Counted from the first letter of the stretch, positions 49,194-57,892 are shown. The stretch: 58,080 nucleotides of DNA from an uncultured virus (IMG/VR IMGVR_UViG_3300042894_007211) (IMGVR_UViG_3300042894_007211); one strand, 5' to 3'. Numbers and translations: made by a program. The notes: generated by a model not told the origin, from the sequence alone.

Positions 49194-49719
49194 TTACAAC
49201 ATAAACAATACTCAGAAAATTAGTTTGGTCTTTTTAAGATGGTATCCAAATGAAAAGAATTTTGAGGAATTAACATCTGATGATTTTTTTTCAATTGATG
49301 ATATCACAGTTTCAGAAAGTGATGGAGTTATTTCCTATTCTCATGTTGAAGAGCGTCAGTTTTATAAAACTATGCCATCAAATTTATCAGAGGTAAATAA
49401 TAAATTCAATTTCATAGTTGAAATTACTTTTGAGAAAGTAAATTACTTTAAGTCAAAAATAGTTACTGGAAACAAAATGCAATCCATTAGACTTATGACT
49501 TATGAAATTTTATCAAAGTATAAAAAGAGTGAGGTCATTGGAGGAACAGATGCTTTAATGAAACTAAATCATCCTAACATAAATGTTGAAAAAACTCACA
49601 CTATGGAGATTAAACCAGTTAAGATTTTAGAGAAGGATTGTGTAGATGGAAAGTATGAATTGAATTTGCTTATTAAAGAGTTTTTAAGAGATAGTAAATT
49701 AGATGATTTAGGAATATGA
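49183..49719 (+). CDS. C-tagged hypothetical protein
   Basis: Ends FLRDSKLDDLGI. Confidence 0.75.
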   Translation: MKIDYNINNTQKISLVFLRWYPNEKNFEELTSDDFFSIDDITVSESDGVISYSHVEERQFYKTMPSNLSEVNNKFNFIVEITFEKVNYFKSKIVTGNKMQSIRLMTYEILSKYKKSEVIGGTDALMKLNHPNINVEKTHTMEIKPVKILEKDCVDGKYELNLLIKEFLRDSKLDDLGI

Positions 49720-50390
49720 AATTATTAAAACAATATATTGATAAGTTACCTAAAGACTTAAAGTTTGATACTTTTGAGTTTATAAAGAAAAATATACTCT
49801 ATCTTAATGAAGATTGTAAAAACGTTCTAATAGAAGATTTAATTAGAATTGATTTTAATAATCTTTATCCCAATATCATTTTAGGTCTTTATAATGAAGG
49901 TCTTATTGATACAAAGTGGGAAAGTGATATCAAACAACTAAAATCATTTTTAGAGAATGTTGATGAATTAAAAAGAACGACTAAAGAACTTATTGGAAAA
50001 CCTTATGATGATTTACAAGATTCTATTCTCAGTTCTTATAAGTCAGGAAGAATTCATGCTAATGGACTTTATGGTAAAATAAAATCACCATTAGTAGTTG
50101 AGTATTTACATCTAATTTATACTGACATAATTGAAAAGTATAAAGATGATATTGTTTATATTGATGTTGATATGATAATATGTAAAAAAGATATTGATAT
50201 TTCTAATATACCTGCGAAATCTGAAATGTCTAAATTAGAATACTTTTATATTGAAAATAAAAACAGATATATTCTTTTTTACAATGGTCAATTAGAAACA
50301 AAAGGTCATAGTAAATTTACTAATATGGATTTACTACAATTGGTCAAAAGTGAGATTAGAACTCGTAGATTAAATAAAATAGGAATATGA
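49716..50390 (+). CDS. Minimal family-B DNA polymerase-like palm/fingers protein with C-tag
   Basis: DFNNLYPNII (A), RIHANGLYG (B), YIDVD (C), NKNRY; ends IRTRRLNKIGI. Confidence 0.7.
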   Translation: MKLLKQYIDKLPKDLKFDTFEFIKKNILYLNEDCKNVLIEDLIRIDFNNLYPNIILGLYNEGLIDTKWESDIKQLKSFLENVDELKRTTKELIGKPYDDLQDSILSSYKSGRIHANGLYGKIKSPLVVEYLHLIYTDIIEKYKDDIVYIDVDMIICKKDIDISNIPAKSEMSKLEYFYIENKNRYILFYNGQLETKGHSKFTNMDLLQLVKSEIRTRRLNKIGI

Positions 50391-50692
50391 TTGAATTTTT
50401 TATAAAAGCTGAGTTAAAATACCATAAAGTAAGGTATAATTTACAATTTTCCGATGAAAAAACATCTGAAATAATTAAATACATCAAAGAAGGTGTTTAT
50501 GCTTTTCAACTTATTTATAATGAAAATCAACAAGTGATTTTAGTTAAACCTTTAGATTGGACTAAAGTTCGGTCAACTTTAGATTGTTGGTCTTATGATG
50601 GTGGAAAATATTTTGGCTATTCATCAATTGAAACCTTAAAATTAGATATACAAAAGATTAGAGAATTAAAATTAGATAGTATATTAACCTAA
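50387..50692 (+). CDS. C-tagged hypothetical protein
   Basis: Ends IRELKLDSILT. Confidence 0.7.
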   Translation: MIEFFIKAELKYHKVRYNLQFSDEKTSEIIKYIKEGVYAFQLIYNENQQVILVKPLDWTKVRSTLDCWSYDGGKYFGYSSIETLKLDIQKIRELKLDSILT

Positions 50693-51796
50693 TCTTTTTC
50701 TAAAACTCTCAAATGTTCTAATCCATCTTTTAGACTCCATTGTTAAATCAGGTTTCCCTAATATCTGTTTGATAATCTCAAAGGCTTCTTCTCTTGATTT
50801 TCCAACAATCTCTCTATTGATTTGACCAATCTGAGGACCAACAGCACCCATCTTCATTAGTTCTTGTGCAGTGAAAGAAGGTTTTTCTTTTTCCACTTTA
50901 ATCTCAACTAATTCAGCTTTCTTAAAAGTATCAACAAGCGGGCACTCTTTATCCCACTTTTCATAAGTTGGATTATCCCATTTCAATTTTTGAGCATCAA
51001 AAGGATAAGACATATTATCCATTTTAGAAAAGACAATTAACTTCCAAAAAGCTTTTGCTTTTTCATCTGGTGTTGCACCTGGAGCTTCCGAAAAAATCTG
51101 AAACTTTGTAGATGGATTAAGTGTTCCACCTTCAGAAGGTCCACCTGTTAAATCAGACAACCATCCTTTAATTTTCATATGGTTAGCACAGATATAAACA
51201 ACTACATCATTCATACCTGCTGCCTTTGATGACTCAGCTCCTGCTCTATCATGTCCAAGCGAAGTGGGCCAACCTTGGCTATTAAATGAAACGGTATCAA
51301 ATTTAGCGATGTCATGGAAAATTCCAGCGTTGATTAAATCATCATCTCCGGTATCAACTCCTCTACTAGTTACAATTTTAATATGAACAAGTGAGTTTCT
51401 TTCAGGATGCCACTTTGGATTTTCATTAATAAAAACATTAGAAAGTAATTGTTTCTTAGACCTATCATCAAGTGAATTAATAAGACTATCAACTTGTGAA
51501 AAGTTTTTCTTCCATTGGTTTTCTAAATCAAAACTAATTTCTTTCTTTGGTCTTTCACCAACCTTTTTTAAGTTATCTAATTTCTTTACTAATTCTCTTT
51601 GCATTTTAGGATCTACTTCTGCTGATATCTCTTCTTCCATTTGAGAAACAGATGATTGAAGTACTTCAGGTGTTACATCTCCTAACTCACTTTCTGCAAT
51701 TAAAATTTGTTGATATGAATTTGGTGTTAATCCTTCTTTTGGATCAACTCCATATTGGTCTAACATTGTTTGATAAGTATCTTGTAAGTTTTCCAT
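50684..51796 (-). CDS. HD-domain phosphohydrolase (CCA-adding-enzyme HD-like)
   Basis: WHPE..VH, FHDIAK, GHD, NHM; GPQIGQI tail. Confidence 0.75.
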   Translation of the reverse strand: MENLQDTYQTMLDQYGVDPKEGLTPNSYQQILIAESELGDVTPEVLQSSVSQMEEEISAEVDPKMQRELVKKLDNLKKVGERPKKEISFDLENQWKKNFSQVDSLINSLDDRSKKQLLSNVFINENPKWHPERNSLVHIKIVTSRGVDTGDDDLINAGIFHDIAKFDTVSFNSQGWPTSLGHDRAGAESSKAAGMNDVVVYICANHMKIKGWLSDLTGGPSEGGTLNPSTKFQIFSEAPGATPDEKAKAFWKLIVFSKMDNMSYPFDAQKLKWDNPTYEKWDKECPLVDTFKKAELVEIKVEKEKPSFTAQELMKMGAVGPQIGQINREIVGKSREEAFEIIKQILGKPDLTMESKRWIRTFESFRKRLG

Positions 51797-51828
51797 AACT
51801 TAATATAGTTTTTTTTATATATTATTTT

Positions 51829-52080
51829 ATGAAATTTGAATTAGTGATAGAAACAATTAAGAGTATTAAAAAAACTGCAATTGATAAACAGATGTATCAT
51901 TTAGCCGCAAATCTTAGAACAATTGAAAGAGAACTGGAATCTAAATATAAATCTGAAGACCAAGTTGAAGTTTCTCACTTCACGGTTTTACTACAAAGTT
52001 GTTTGATTAGACTTCCAGATGATCAGAGACTTCTTTTAACTCCAATTATTAGAGAGTTAAAATTAAGTCAGTTATTATAA
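51829..52080 (+). CDS. UVR (UvrB/UvrC, ClpC M-like) domain protein with C-tag
   Basis: KKTAIDKQMYHLAANLRTIEREL; ends IIRELKLSQLL. Confidence 0.65.
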   Translation: MKFELVIETIKSIKKTAIDKQMYHLAANLRTIERELESKYKSEDQVEVSHFTVLLQSCLIRLPDDQRLLLTPIIRELKLSQLL

Positions 52081-52102
52081 TTTTCCTTATATTTGCTAAA
52101 TT

Positions 52103-52708
52103 ATGATACCAACTGCATCAGATATAATACTTCATTCAGGACTTCACCCAAAACGCGTGCATAACATTTATGTCTTTGGAAGTCGTGTTTATAAAACCAA
52201 CTCAGATAATTCTGATTGGGATATCATAATGGTCGCAAACAATTCAGTAGAAGCAATTGAGTTGAAATTGGAAAAGTATAACATTCATATTTATACCCCG
52301 GATAAGTTTAAAGAAGATTTAGAGTGGCATCGTATAAACAACTTAGAATGTATTTATGCCCCCACTTGGGCTAAAATTCAAGAGAATATAAAATATGATT
52401 TAGATATAGACTTTCCTAAACTAAGACATGCAACTTCTCATATAAGTTCCAATAGTTGGGTCAAGTGTAAAAAGAAATTAGAAATTGGAGACTATTACAC
52501 TGGAATAAAATCTATTTTTCATTCACTTAGAATTCCGATGTTTGCAACTCAAGTTGCAACTAAAGGAACTATTTATGACTTCGAGGTGGCTAATCCGATT
52601 TGGGAAAAGTTAATAAGTAAAGAATGGACTTGGAAAGAGTTGGACAATGAGTTTAGAGAATTAAGAAATAGTATCCTAACTGAATTTAGAAAGGTGTGTG
52701 AGAAATGA
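52103..52708 (+). CDS. Pol-beta-family nucleotidyltransferase
   Basis: FGSRVY..SDWDI; TATATTTG at 52088-52095. Confidence 0.85.
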   Translation: MIPTASDIILHSGLHPKRVHNIYVFGSRVYKTNSDNSDWDIIMVANNSVEAIELKLEKYNIHIYTPDKFKEDLEWHRINNLECIYAPTWAKIQENIKYDLDIDFPKLRHATSHISSNSWVKCKKKLEIGDYYTGIKSIFHSLRIPMFATQVATKGTIYDFEVANPIWEKLISKEWTWKELDNEFRELRNSILTEFRKVCEK

Positions 52709-52839
52709 ATGAAAAGGAAGTAGAAAAGGCTGTTGAAAAGATGTATCAGAAGTTAAACCCTAAAAGAGGAGCTGCTAGTAGATACTTTAGAAACTATATA
52801 AGAAAAAGAAAAATTAAAAGAATATATGAAACTAAATAA
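52705..52839 (+). CDS. 44-aa tagged microprotein
   Basis: Ends IRKRKIKRIYETK; ATGA-coupled. Confidence 0.55.
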   Translation: MNEKEVEKAVEKMYQKLNPKRGAASRYFRNYIRKRKIKRIYETK

Positions 52840-52957
52840 CATTTCCGGTGGTGTTGATATGTATTATCAATCAACTTTAGTTTATGAGTTAGGTAAAAGA
52901 CTTTTAAGAAAGTCAAATAGAAAAGAAAAAATTAAAAAGTTATTTAATGAACATTAA
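52826..52957 (+). CDS. 43-aa tagged microprotein
   Basis: Ends NRKEKIKKLFNEH. Confidence 0.55.
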   Translation: MKLNNISGGVDMYYQSTLVYELGKRLLRKSNRKEKIKKLFNEH

Positions 52958-53078
52958 GAATTTTGACATAGTTTTAGAGATGCCAATAGGTTTAAATTCA
53001 TTTACACACTCAATGACTATATTTTCATCGAGAAAGAATTTAAGAAAAGAAAAAATTAAAAGAATATGGATGATGTAA
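52947..53078 (+). CDS. 43-aa tagged microprotein
   Basis: Ends LRKEKIKRIWMM. Confidence 0.55.
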   Translation: MNIKNFDIVLEMPIGLNSFTHSMTIFSSRKNLRKEKIKRIWMM

Positions 53079-53269
53079 TAAAAAAGATGTTAGACGAGAT
53101 TTATTTAGATAGAAAGTCTAAGAAATGCGCATTAACAACCGTTGATACATCTTTAGTTAATATGGATTTTGCATCTCTTTATCCTAATCAAATGAAGTGG
53201 TGGAATATAACTCCTGTTCCAGAAAAAGTGATTATAAGAAAAACAAGAATAAAAAGAATATTTCAATAA
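53066..53269 (+). CDS. 67-aa tagged protein carrying PolB motif A
   Basis: MDFASLYPNQMKWWNI; ends IRKTRIKRIFQ. Confidence 0.65.
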   Translation: MDDVIKKMLDEIYLDRKSKKCALTTVDTSLVNMDFASLYPNQMKWWNITPVPEKVIIRKTRIKRIFQ

Positions 53270-53655
53270 TGTATTGTATTTGTTGTAAGAAAAATAATGT
53301 GATTCCTGAGATACACTCTTATACTAAAGAAAGTATGAGAGGTGTGAAAGAGAAAGTTGAAGAAGAAGATATTCTTTGGAAAGATTCTAAAAGACCTGAT
53401 GGTAGTTTAGTTAATGTCAATAATGAAATGATTGACAATGGAATCATACACATAATTGATGCTGGTTATGGATCAACACACGATGGTGATCAATTTGTTA
53501 TTGCTATTTGTGATTATTGTATTAAAGAGAATTTAGAAGATGCAACACTTCTTTATTATGATAGCATGTTTGATCGAGAAGAATATGTTGAAGAAGAAAG
53601 GGAAAAATCTAAACAAAAATATAGAAGAAGAAAGAACTTAGATGGATTAGTCTAA
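53269..53655 (+). CDS. Zn-binding hypothetical protein (start MYCICC)
   Basis: CICC...CDYC; ends RRKNLDGLV. Confidence 0.7.
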   Translation: MYCICCKKNNVIPEIHSYTKESMRGVKEKVEEEDILWKDSKRPDGSLVNVNNEMIDNGIIHIIDAGYGSTHDGDQFVIAICDYCIKENLEDATLLYYDSMFDREEYVEEEREKSKQKYRRRKNLDGLV

Positions 53656-54006
53656 TAGATTATCCAATCTAAGCTCTCTTAAAATTCTAAGTCTATCTTC
53701 TTCTTCTGGAATAAACTTAATTGGATGAACATCTTTTCTATAGTTGCTACCAACATAGTCAACATCTAAATTCCATCCCCAAATATGTTCGATGTATCCG
53801 GTAATTTCAATTAAATTACCCCCTGTGTTTTTCCCAATCAAAATAGATTTTCCACGCATTCCAATTGGATACCATTTTTTAAGTAATTCTAATTGAAAAT
53901 CCTTATCAGTTCTATTCCAACGCATACAATCCAATGGAATTGTGTTTTGTTCAGAATTAAACCGATAAGGCCAGTAATTTAAGTATTTTTTACCGAAGGT
54001 GCTCAT
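53647..54006 (-). CDS. C-tagged hypothetical protein
   Basis: Ends LRELRLDNLLD. Confidence 0.75.
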   Translation of the reverse strand: MSTFGKKYLNYWPYRFNSEQNTIPLDCMRWNRTDKDFQLELLKKWYPIGMRGKSILIGKNTGGNLIEITGYIEHIWGWNLDVDYVGSNYRKDVHPIKFIPEEEDRLRILRELRLDNLLD

Positions 54007-54866
54007 CTTTGAGATTTTATCCAGTCAATTAAATTGTTTTTGGCTTTCCAACCAAGTTTATTAAATGTTTCTTCAACATCACAAAGTGTGTGTTGTCCTT
54101 CATTCTTTCGCAAAGGTACAAAATTTATTCTACTATCATCATCTGATGTCCATAATTTTGCAACATCTAAAATTGAAATTGGCATTCCTCTACCTAAGTC
54201 AAAATTATCACCTTTAGATTTTGTTTCACTTATCATAATAAGTCCTTTACAAATATCTTCAACATGTGTGAAGTCTCTTGTTTGTTGACCATCACCAACT
54301 ACTGTAAGTTTATCACCTTCTTTACATTGTCTTCCAAATTTAGCAACAACGGTAGCCCACTCTCCTATTTGTGGTTCTCTTGGTCCATAAACATTAAAGA
54401 ATGTTGCCATTCCGCAATTCATCTCAAAGCATTCTGAGTATGTCTTAACAATTCCTTCACCTGCAACTTTAGAAAAAGTATATGGGGTTAAGTAAGGTGT
54501 GCCGTGATTTTTAGAAGAAGTAGTTGCATAGACTAATGATTTACATCCTGATACTCTAGCAAACTCACAAGTCGCGACAGTTCCCATTGTGTTCGATCTG
54601 AAGTAAGACAGTGGTCTTTCAAATGAAGGTTGAATTCTTGCTTCTGCTGCTAAATGAAATATTCTATCGAAGTTTTTACCTTCAAAATATTTTGATATAT
54701 CTACTACATCTCCAACAACATAATTTGCACTTTCGTTTCTATAGTCAAATGACGAAGATTCGGAACTTAAATTGTCAATAACCCAAACTTCATCACCTAA
54801 TTCAACTAACATATTTACAAGATTCGAACCAACAAATCCTAAACCACCGGTAACTAAACTCTTCAT
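54003..54866 (-). CDS. NAD-dependent epimerase/dehydratase (extended SDR)
   Basis: TGGLGFVGS, HLAA, YTFSK, FNVYGP, RDFTHV. Confidence 0.92.
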   Translation of the reverse strand: MKSLVTGGLGFVGSNLVNMLVELGDEVWVIDNLSSESSSFDYRNESANYVVGDVVDISKYFEGKNFDRIFHLAAEARIQPSFERPLSYFRSNTMGTVATCEFARVSGCKSLVYATTSSKNHGTPYLTPYTFSKVAGEGIVKTYSECFEMNCGMATFFNVYGPREPQIGEWATVVAKFGRQCKEGDKLTVVGDGQQTRDFTHVEDICKGLIMISETKSKGDNFDLGRGMPISILDVAKLWTSDDDSRINFVPLRKNEGQHTLCDVEETFNKLGWKAKNNLIDWIKSQR

Positions 54867-54934
54867 AATATTTCTTATCTTAATTATAAATAAATGTTTT
54901 GTAAAACTATTGATTTTTTTTATATAAAATAATT

Positions 54935-56212
54935 ATGTTTGAACTCGAAACAATTAGTGATGATGAGATTGATTATTTTCATTATTTAAAAAATTCAAAT
55001 CCGGATACAAATATTATTGAATACATTTCTAGTTTTGATACTATAAATGATTTAGTCTATCCTGTTGATAAAAGTCTCAAAGTCACCGCAAATATTGCAA
55101 CTCAACCACATAGATTTGAGAGTTTACTAAAAACTCTTGAAACCATAGATGGTCAATTTGATGAAATAAGATTATATTTAAACAACTTTGACTATGTTCC
55201 TTCAGAACTTAAAAAATTTACAACTTATATTGGTGAAGATTTGACCGATAATGGTAAGTTTTTTTGGTCAAATAATGATAATGAATATTATTTTACTTTA
55301 GATGATGACATTCTTTATCCAAATGATTATGTAGAAAAAACACTACCATTAATTGGTGATAGAATTATATCTTATCATGGAAGAATTTTAGTTGGTCAAA
55401 ACAGAGGTTACTATAGTAAACATAAAGCATACATGTATTACTGGGAACTTGCTAGAGAAAGAAAACTTGACGTAATGGGAACTGGTGTTTCAGCCTTTAA
55501 TACAAATTTTTTTAAACCTAATTTATGGCGAACTCCAAATTATAAAATGACAGATTTAGTCATTTCACTGGAAGCACATATGTGTAATATACCAATTATA
55601 AGTCCAAAAAAATCAAAAAGTTGGCTTAGCTTTGAAGATTTATCTTATGCTCGTATAGAAGGTGGTATCGGACACGAAATGTATGATCGTGATGATATAT
55701 TGTCACCTTGGGTCGATATGATATATATACTCACTCAGTCTAACATAGATTTAAAGGAAATAAACTATAGTTATGACAAAGATTCCATTGTGAAAATTTG
55801 TGATTTTATTAATAAACAAACAATTGATAACTATGTTTTGGTTAATATTAGGACTGGTAATGGTAGTTTAATTGATGAAATTTCTAAACTAACAAATTTC
55901 AGAAGCATTTATTCATATGATACCGACGATAAAAGAATTAAAAAATGTAACCGTAAATATTTGCAGAATATAGTTCAGTATAAAGATTGTCAATTATACT
56001 CTGAAATTAATTTGCAATTAAAGGATTGTTTTGTTATTTTAGATGATATTAAAATAAGTAATAAAATTGCGACTCAAATATTTAAAAATATGAAGGTTGG
56101 TTCTCATCTTATTTGTCATAACTTAGTAAATAATGTTTTCCCAGATGATAAACTTAAATTAAAATTAGAAGATGGTAAAGAAGTTGATTTCTTTTATTAT
56201 CTTAAGAAGTAA
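54935..56212 (+). CDS. GT-A glycosyltransferase with degenerate methyltransferase-like C-domain
   Basis: YYFTLDDDILYP; later IRTGNG. Confidence 0.7.
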   Translation: MFELETISDDEIDYFHYLKNSNPDTNIIEYISSFDTINDLVYPVDKSLKVTANIATQPHRFESLLKTLETIDGQFDEIRLYLNNFDYVPSELKKFTTYIGEDLTDNGKFFWSNNDNEYYFTLDDDILYPNDYVEKTLPLIGDRIISYHGRILVGQNRGYYSKHKAYMYYWELARERKLDVMGTGVSAFNTNFFKPNLWRTPNYKMTDLVISLEAHMCNIPIISPKKSKSWLSFEDLSYARIEGGIGHEMYDRDDILSPWVDMIYILTQSNIDLKEINYSYDKDSIVKICDFINKQTIDNYVLVNIRTGNGSLIDEISKLTNFRSIYSYDTDDKRIKKCNRKYLQNIVQYKDCQLYSEINLQLKDCFVILDDIKISNKIATQIFKNMKVGSHLICHNLVNNVFPDDKLKLKLEDGKEVDFFYYLKK

Positions 56213-56823
56213 TCTAAAAAATTATCATAATAGTCTAAGTCTAACATATAATATTCTTCACAAATGAATGTTAGCTCTTGCCACTTAACTTTTTCAATTT
56301 CACCTTCTTGATAACCATCAATTATTTCTTGAAAGTCTCTCTTTTCACTTGAGTTCCAAAAGAAAGGTTCTTTGTTGTACCAACTTGTATTATCTCTTAA
56401 TTCTGTATAAAGGTCATCTATTTGTGGATTCCAAAAGTATCTAAATCCATTTTTTGGAAAGAATAGAAATGCCTCTTTTCTAAATCTACCATAATCTGTT
56501 GCAATTGAAAGATCTTTAGTCGCAAAAACACCCTTACTTCTGAGTGGAATTCCAAATTTATTTACAAATCCATCATCTAATAATTTACTTATATTTGATT
56601 TAGTATCTCTTGAGAGTCTGTTTTCAAATGGTTTCATTTTCCAAAAGCCATCAACAATTGGAGTGTCGTGAATGGTAGCTCCTCTATAAAGTCCTTTGAT
56701 ATTCTTTTCTTCTAAAAGGTCTAAAAATTCAGAACACTCAGTTGATAAAATTTCTACAATTTTATCAAAGTTCATTTCTGTTTCTAAATTTTCAAATAAT
56801 TTATATGGCTTTATATGTCTCAT
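56197..56823 (-). CDS. CTS-like protein
   Basis: MRHIKPYKLFE; LYRG..FAT. Confidence 0.7.
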   Translation of the reverse strand: MRHIKPYKLFENLETEMNFDKIVEILSTECSEFLDLLEEKNIKGLYRGATIHDTPIVDGFWKMKPFENRLSRDTKSNISKLLDDGFVNKFGIPLRSKGVFATKDLSIATDYGRFRKEAFLFFPKNGFRYFWNPQIDDLYTELRDNTSWYNKEPFFWNSSEKRDFQEIIDGYQEGEIEKVKWQELTFICEEYYMLDLDYYDNFLDYFLR

Positions 56824-57320
56824 ATTTCTATTTGTATTGTTGATAACTTTATATCACTCCTCTTAGTTCGTGGTTCATCTAAAACATCCATTACTTTGGA
56901 TTTAACATCATCTAATGAATATATTTCAAGTTTGTAAAGGTTACTAATTTGTATATCAAAGTCTTTAACAAGTATTCTTCTATGTTGGGAAATATGTGAT
57001 TTAACTAATTCATCAAGTTCTATTAGAGTATCAAAGAACTCTTCGATTTTTTCAATAGGAACTTCAAATTTAAACTTTGCGACTACATTTCCTATAAAAT
57101 TCCAATACTCCTCGTCTGATTTAGAAAAGTCTCTTACCTCAACTTTTGATGTATAATCATAATAGTCGGTTAATTCATAAAGACAATCAGAAACACCTTT
57201 AAGATATTCATCTTTGATTTCTTTTACACCTTTATCATAATCAGCTTTTACTTTGACCCACTTTTCGTAAGCATCATCATTTACCGATTCAAATAATTTA
57301 TATGTTTGTAAGTATCTCAC
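56820..57320 (-). CDS. CTS-like protein
   Basis: MRYLQTYKLFES. Confidence 0.7.
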   Translation of the reverse strand: MRYLQTYKLFESVNDDAYEKWVKVKADYDKGVKEIKDEYLKGVSDCLYELTDYYDYTSKVEVRDFSKSDEEYWNFIGNVVAKFKFEVPIEKIEEFFDTLIELDELVKSHISQHRRILVKDFDIQISNLYKLEIYSLDDVKSKVMDVLDEPRTKRSDIKLSTIQIEI

Positions 57321-57892
57321 ACACCTATTTGTTTTTTAAGTAAGTCAAAGAAATCAACTGGATTTAATCTCTGAATGTCATCAGACATCATTTGATAAAC
57401 CATATCACCTGCTCTTTCATTTCCTCTTAATCTCATTTCCTCAAAATTCATTTCTCTTTCAAATCCGCAAGCTCTCATTGATTGAATTGCAAAGTCATTC
57501 GCATCTCTTTCGAATCTACTATAAGATTGTAAAAATGATTCTCTATCTCCATTAACAACGGTATCATAATATCCTTCCATAAATCCACCTTCTCTATGTT
57601 GGTCACAATGTCTACTTTCATGAAGAGCTAAAAACAATTTAACATGTGGAGGCATTGGAAGTCTTTCGTTAAGAGCGATTATATTTTCTCCTAAAAAGAC
57701 ACCAGCTATTGGTTGAGTTGAATTAAAAGAGAAAAGATGAATTCTAATATCTCTTCTATTCTCACTCCACCACCTAACTATGTTTGGTCTCATTGGATTT
57801 GGAATTCCAATTCTTTCAAGTAATTGTTCGATAGTAACTAATGTGGAGTTATCCAATCTCTCAAATAGTTGGAAGTGTTTTAAATGTTTCAT
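57317..57892 (-). CDS. HEXXH metallopeptidase-like protein with CTS-like N-terminus
   Basis: MKHLKHFQLFE; LHESRH..FERDAN; TAATATATA at 57898-57906. Confidence 0.75.
   Translation of the reverse strand: MKHLKHFQLFERLDNSTLVTIEQLLERIGIPNPMRPNIVRWWSENRRDIRIHLFSFNSTQPIAGVFLGENIIALNERLPMPPHVKLFLALHESRHCDQHREGGFMEGYYDTVVNGDRESFLQSYSRFERDANDFAIQSMRACGFEREMNFEEMRLRGNERAGDMVYQMMSDDIQRLNPVDFFDLLKKQIGV

Noticed and set aside
52705..52839. Sigma region-2-like fragment in LNPKRGAASRYF
   Set aside because: Similarity too short and weak to claim without a profile search.
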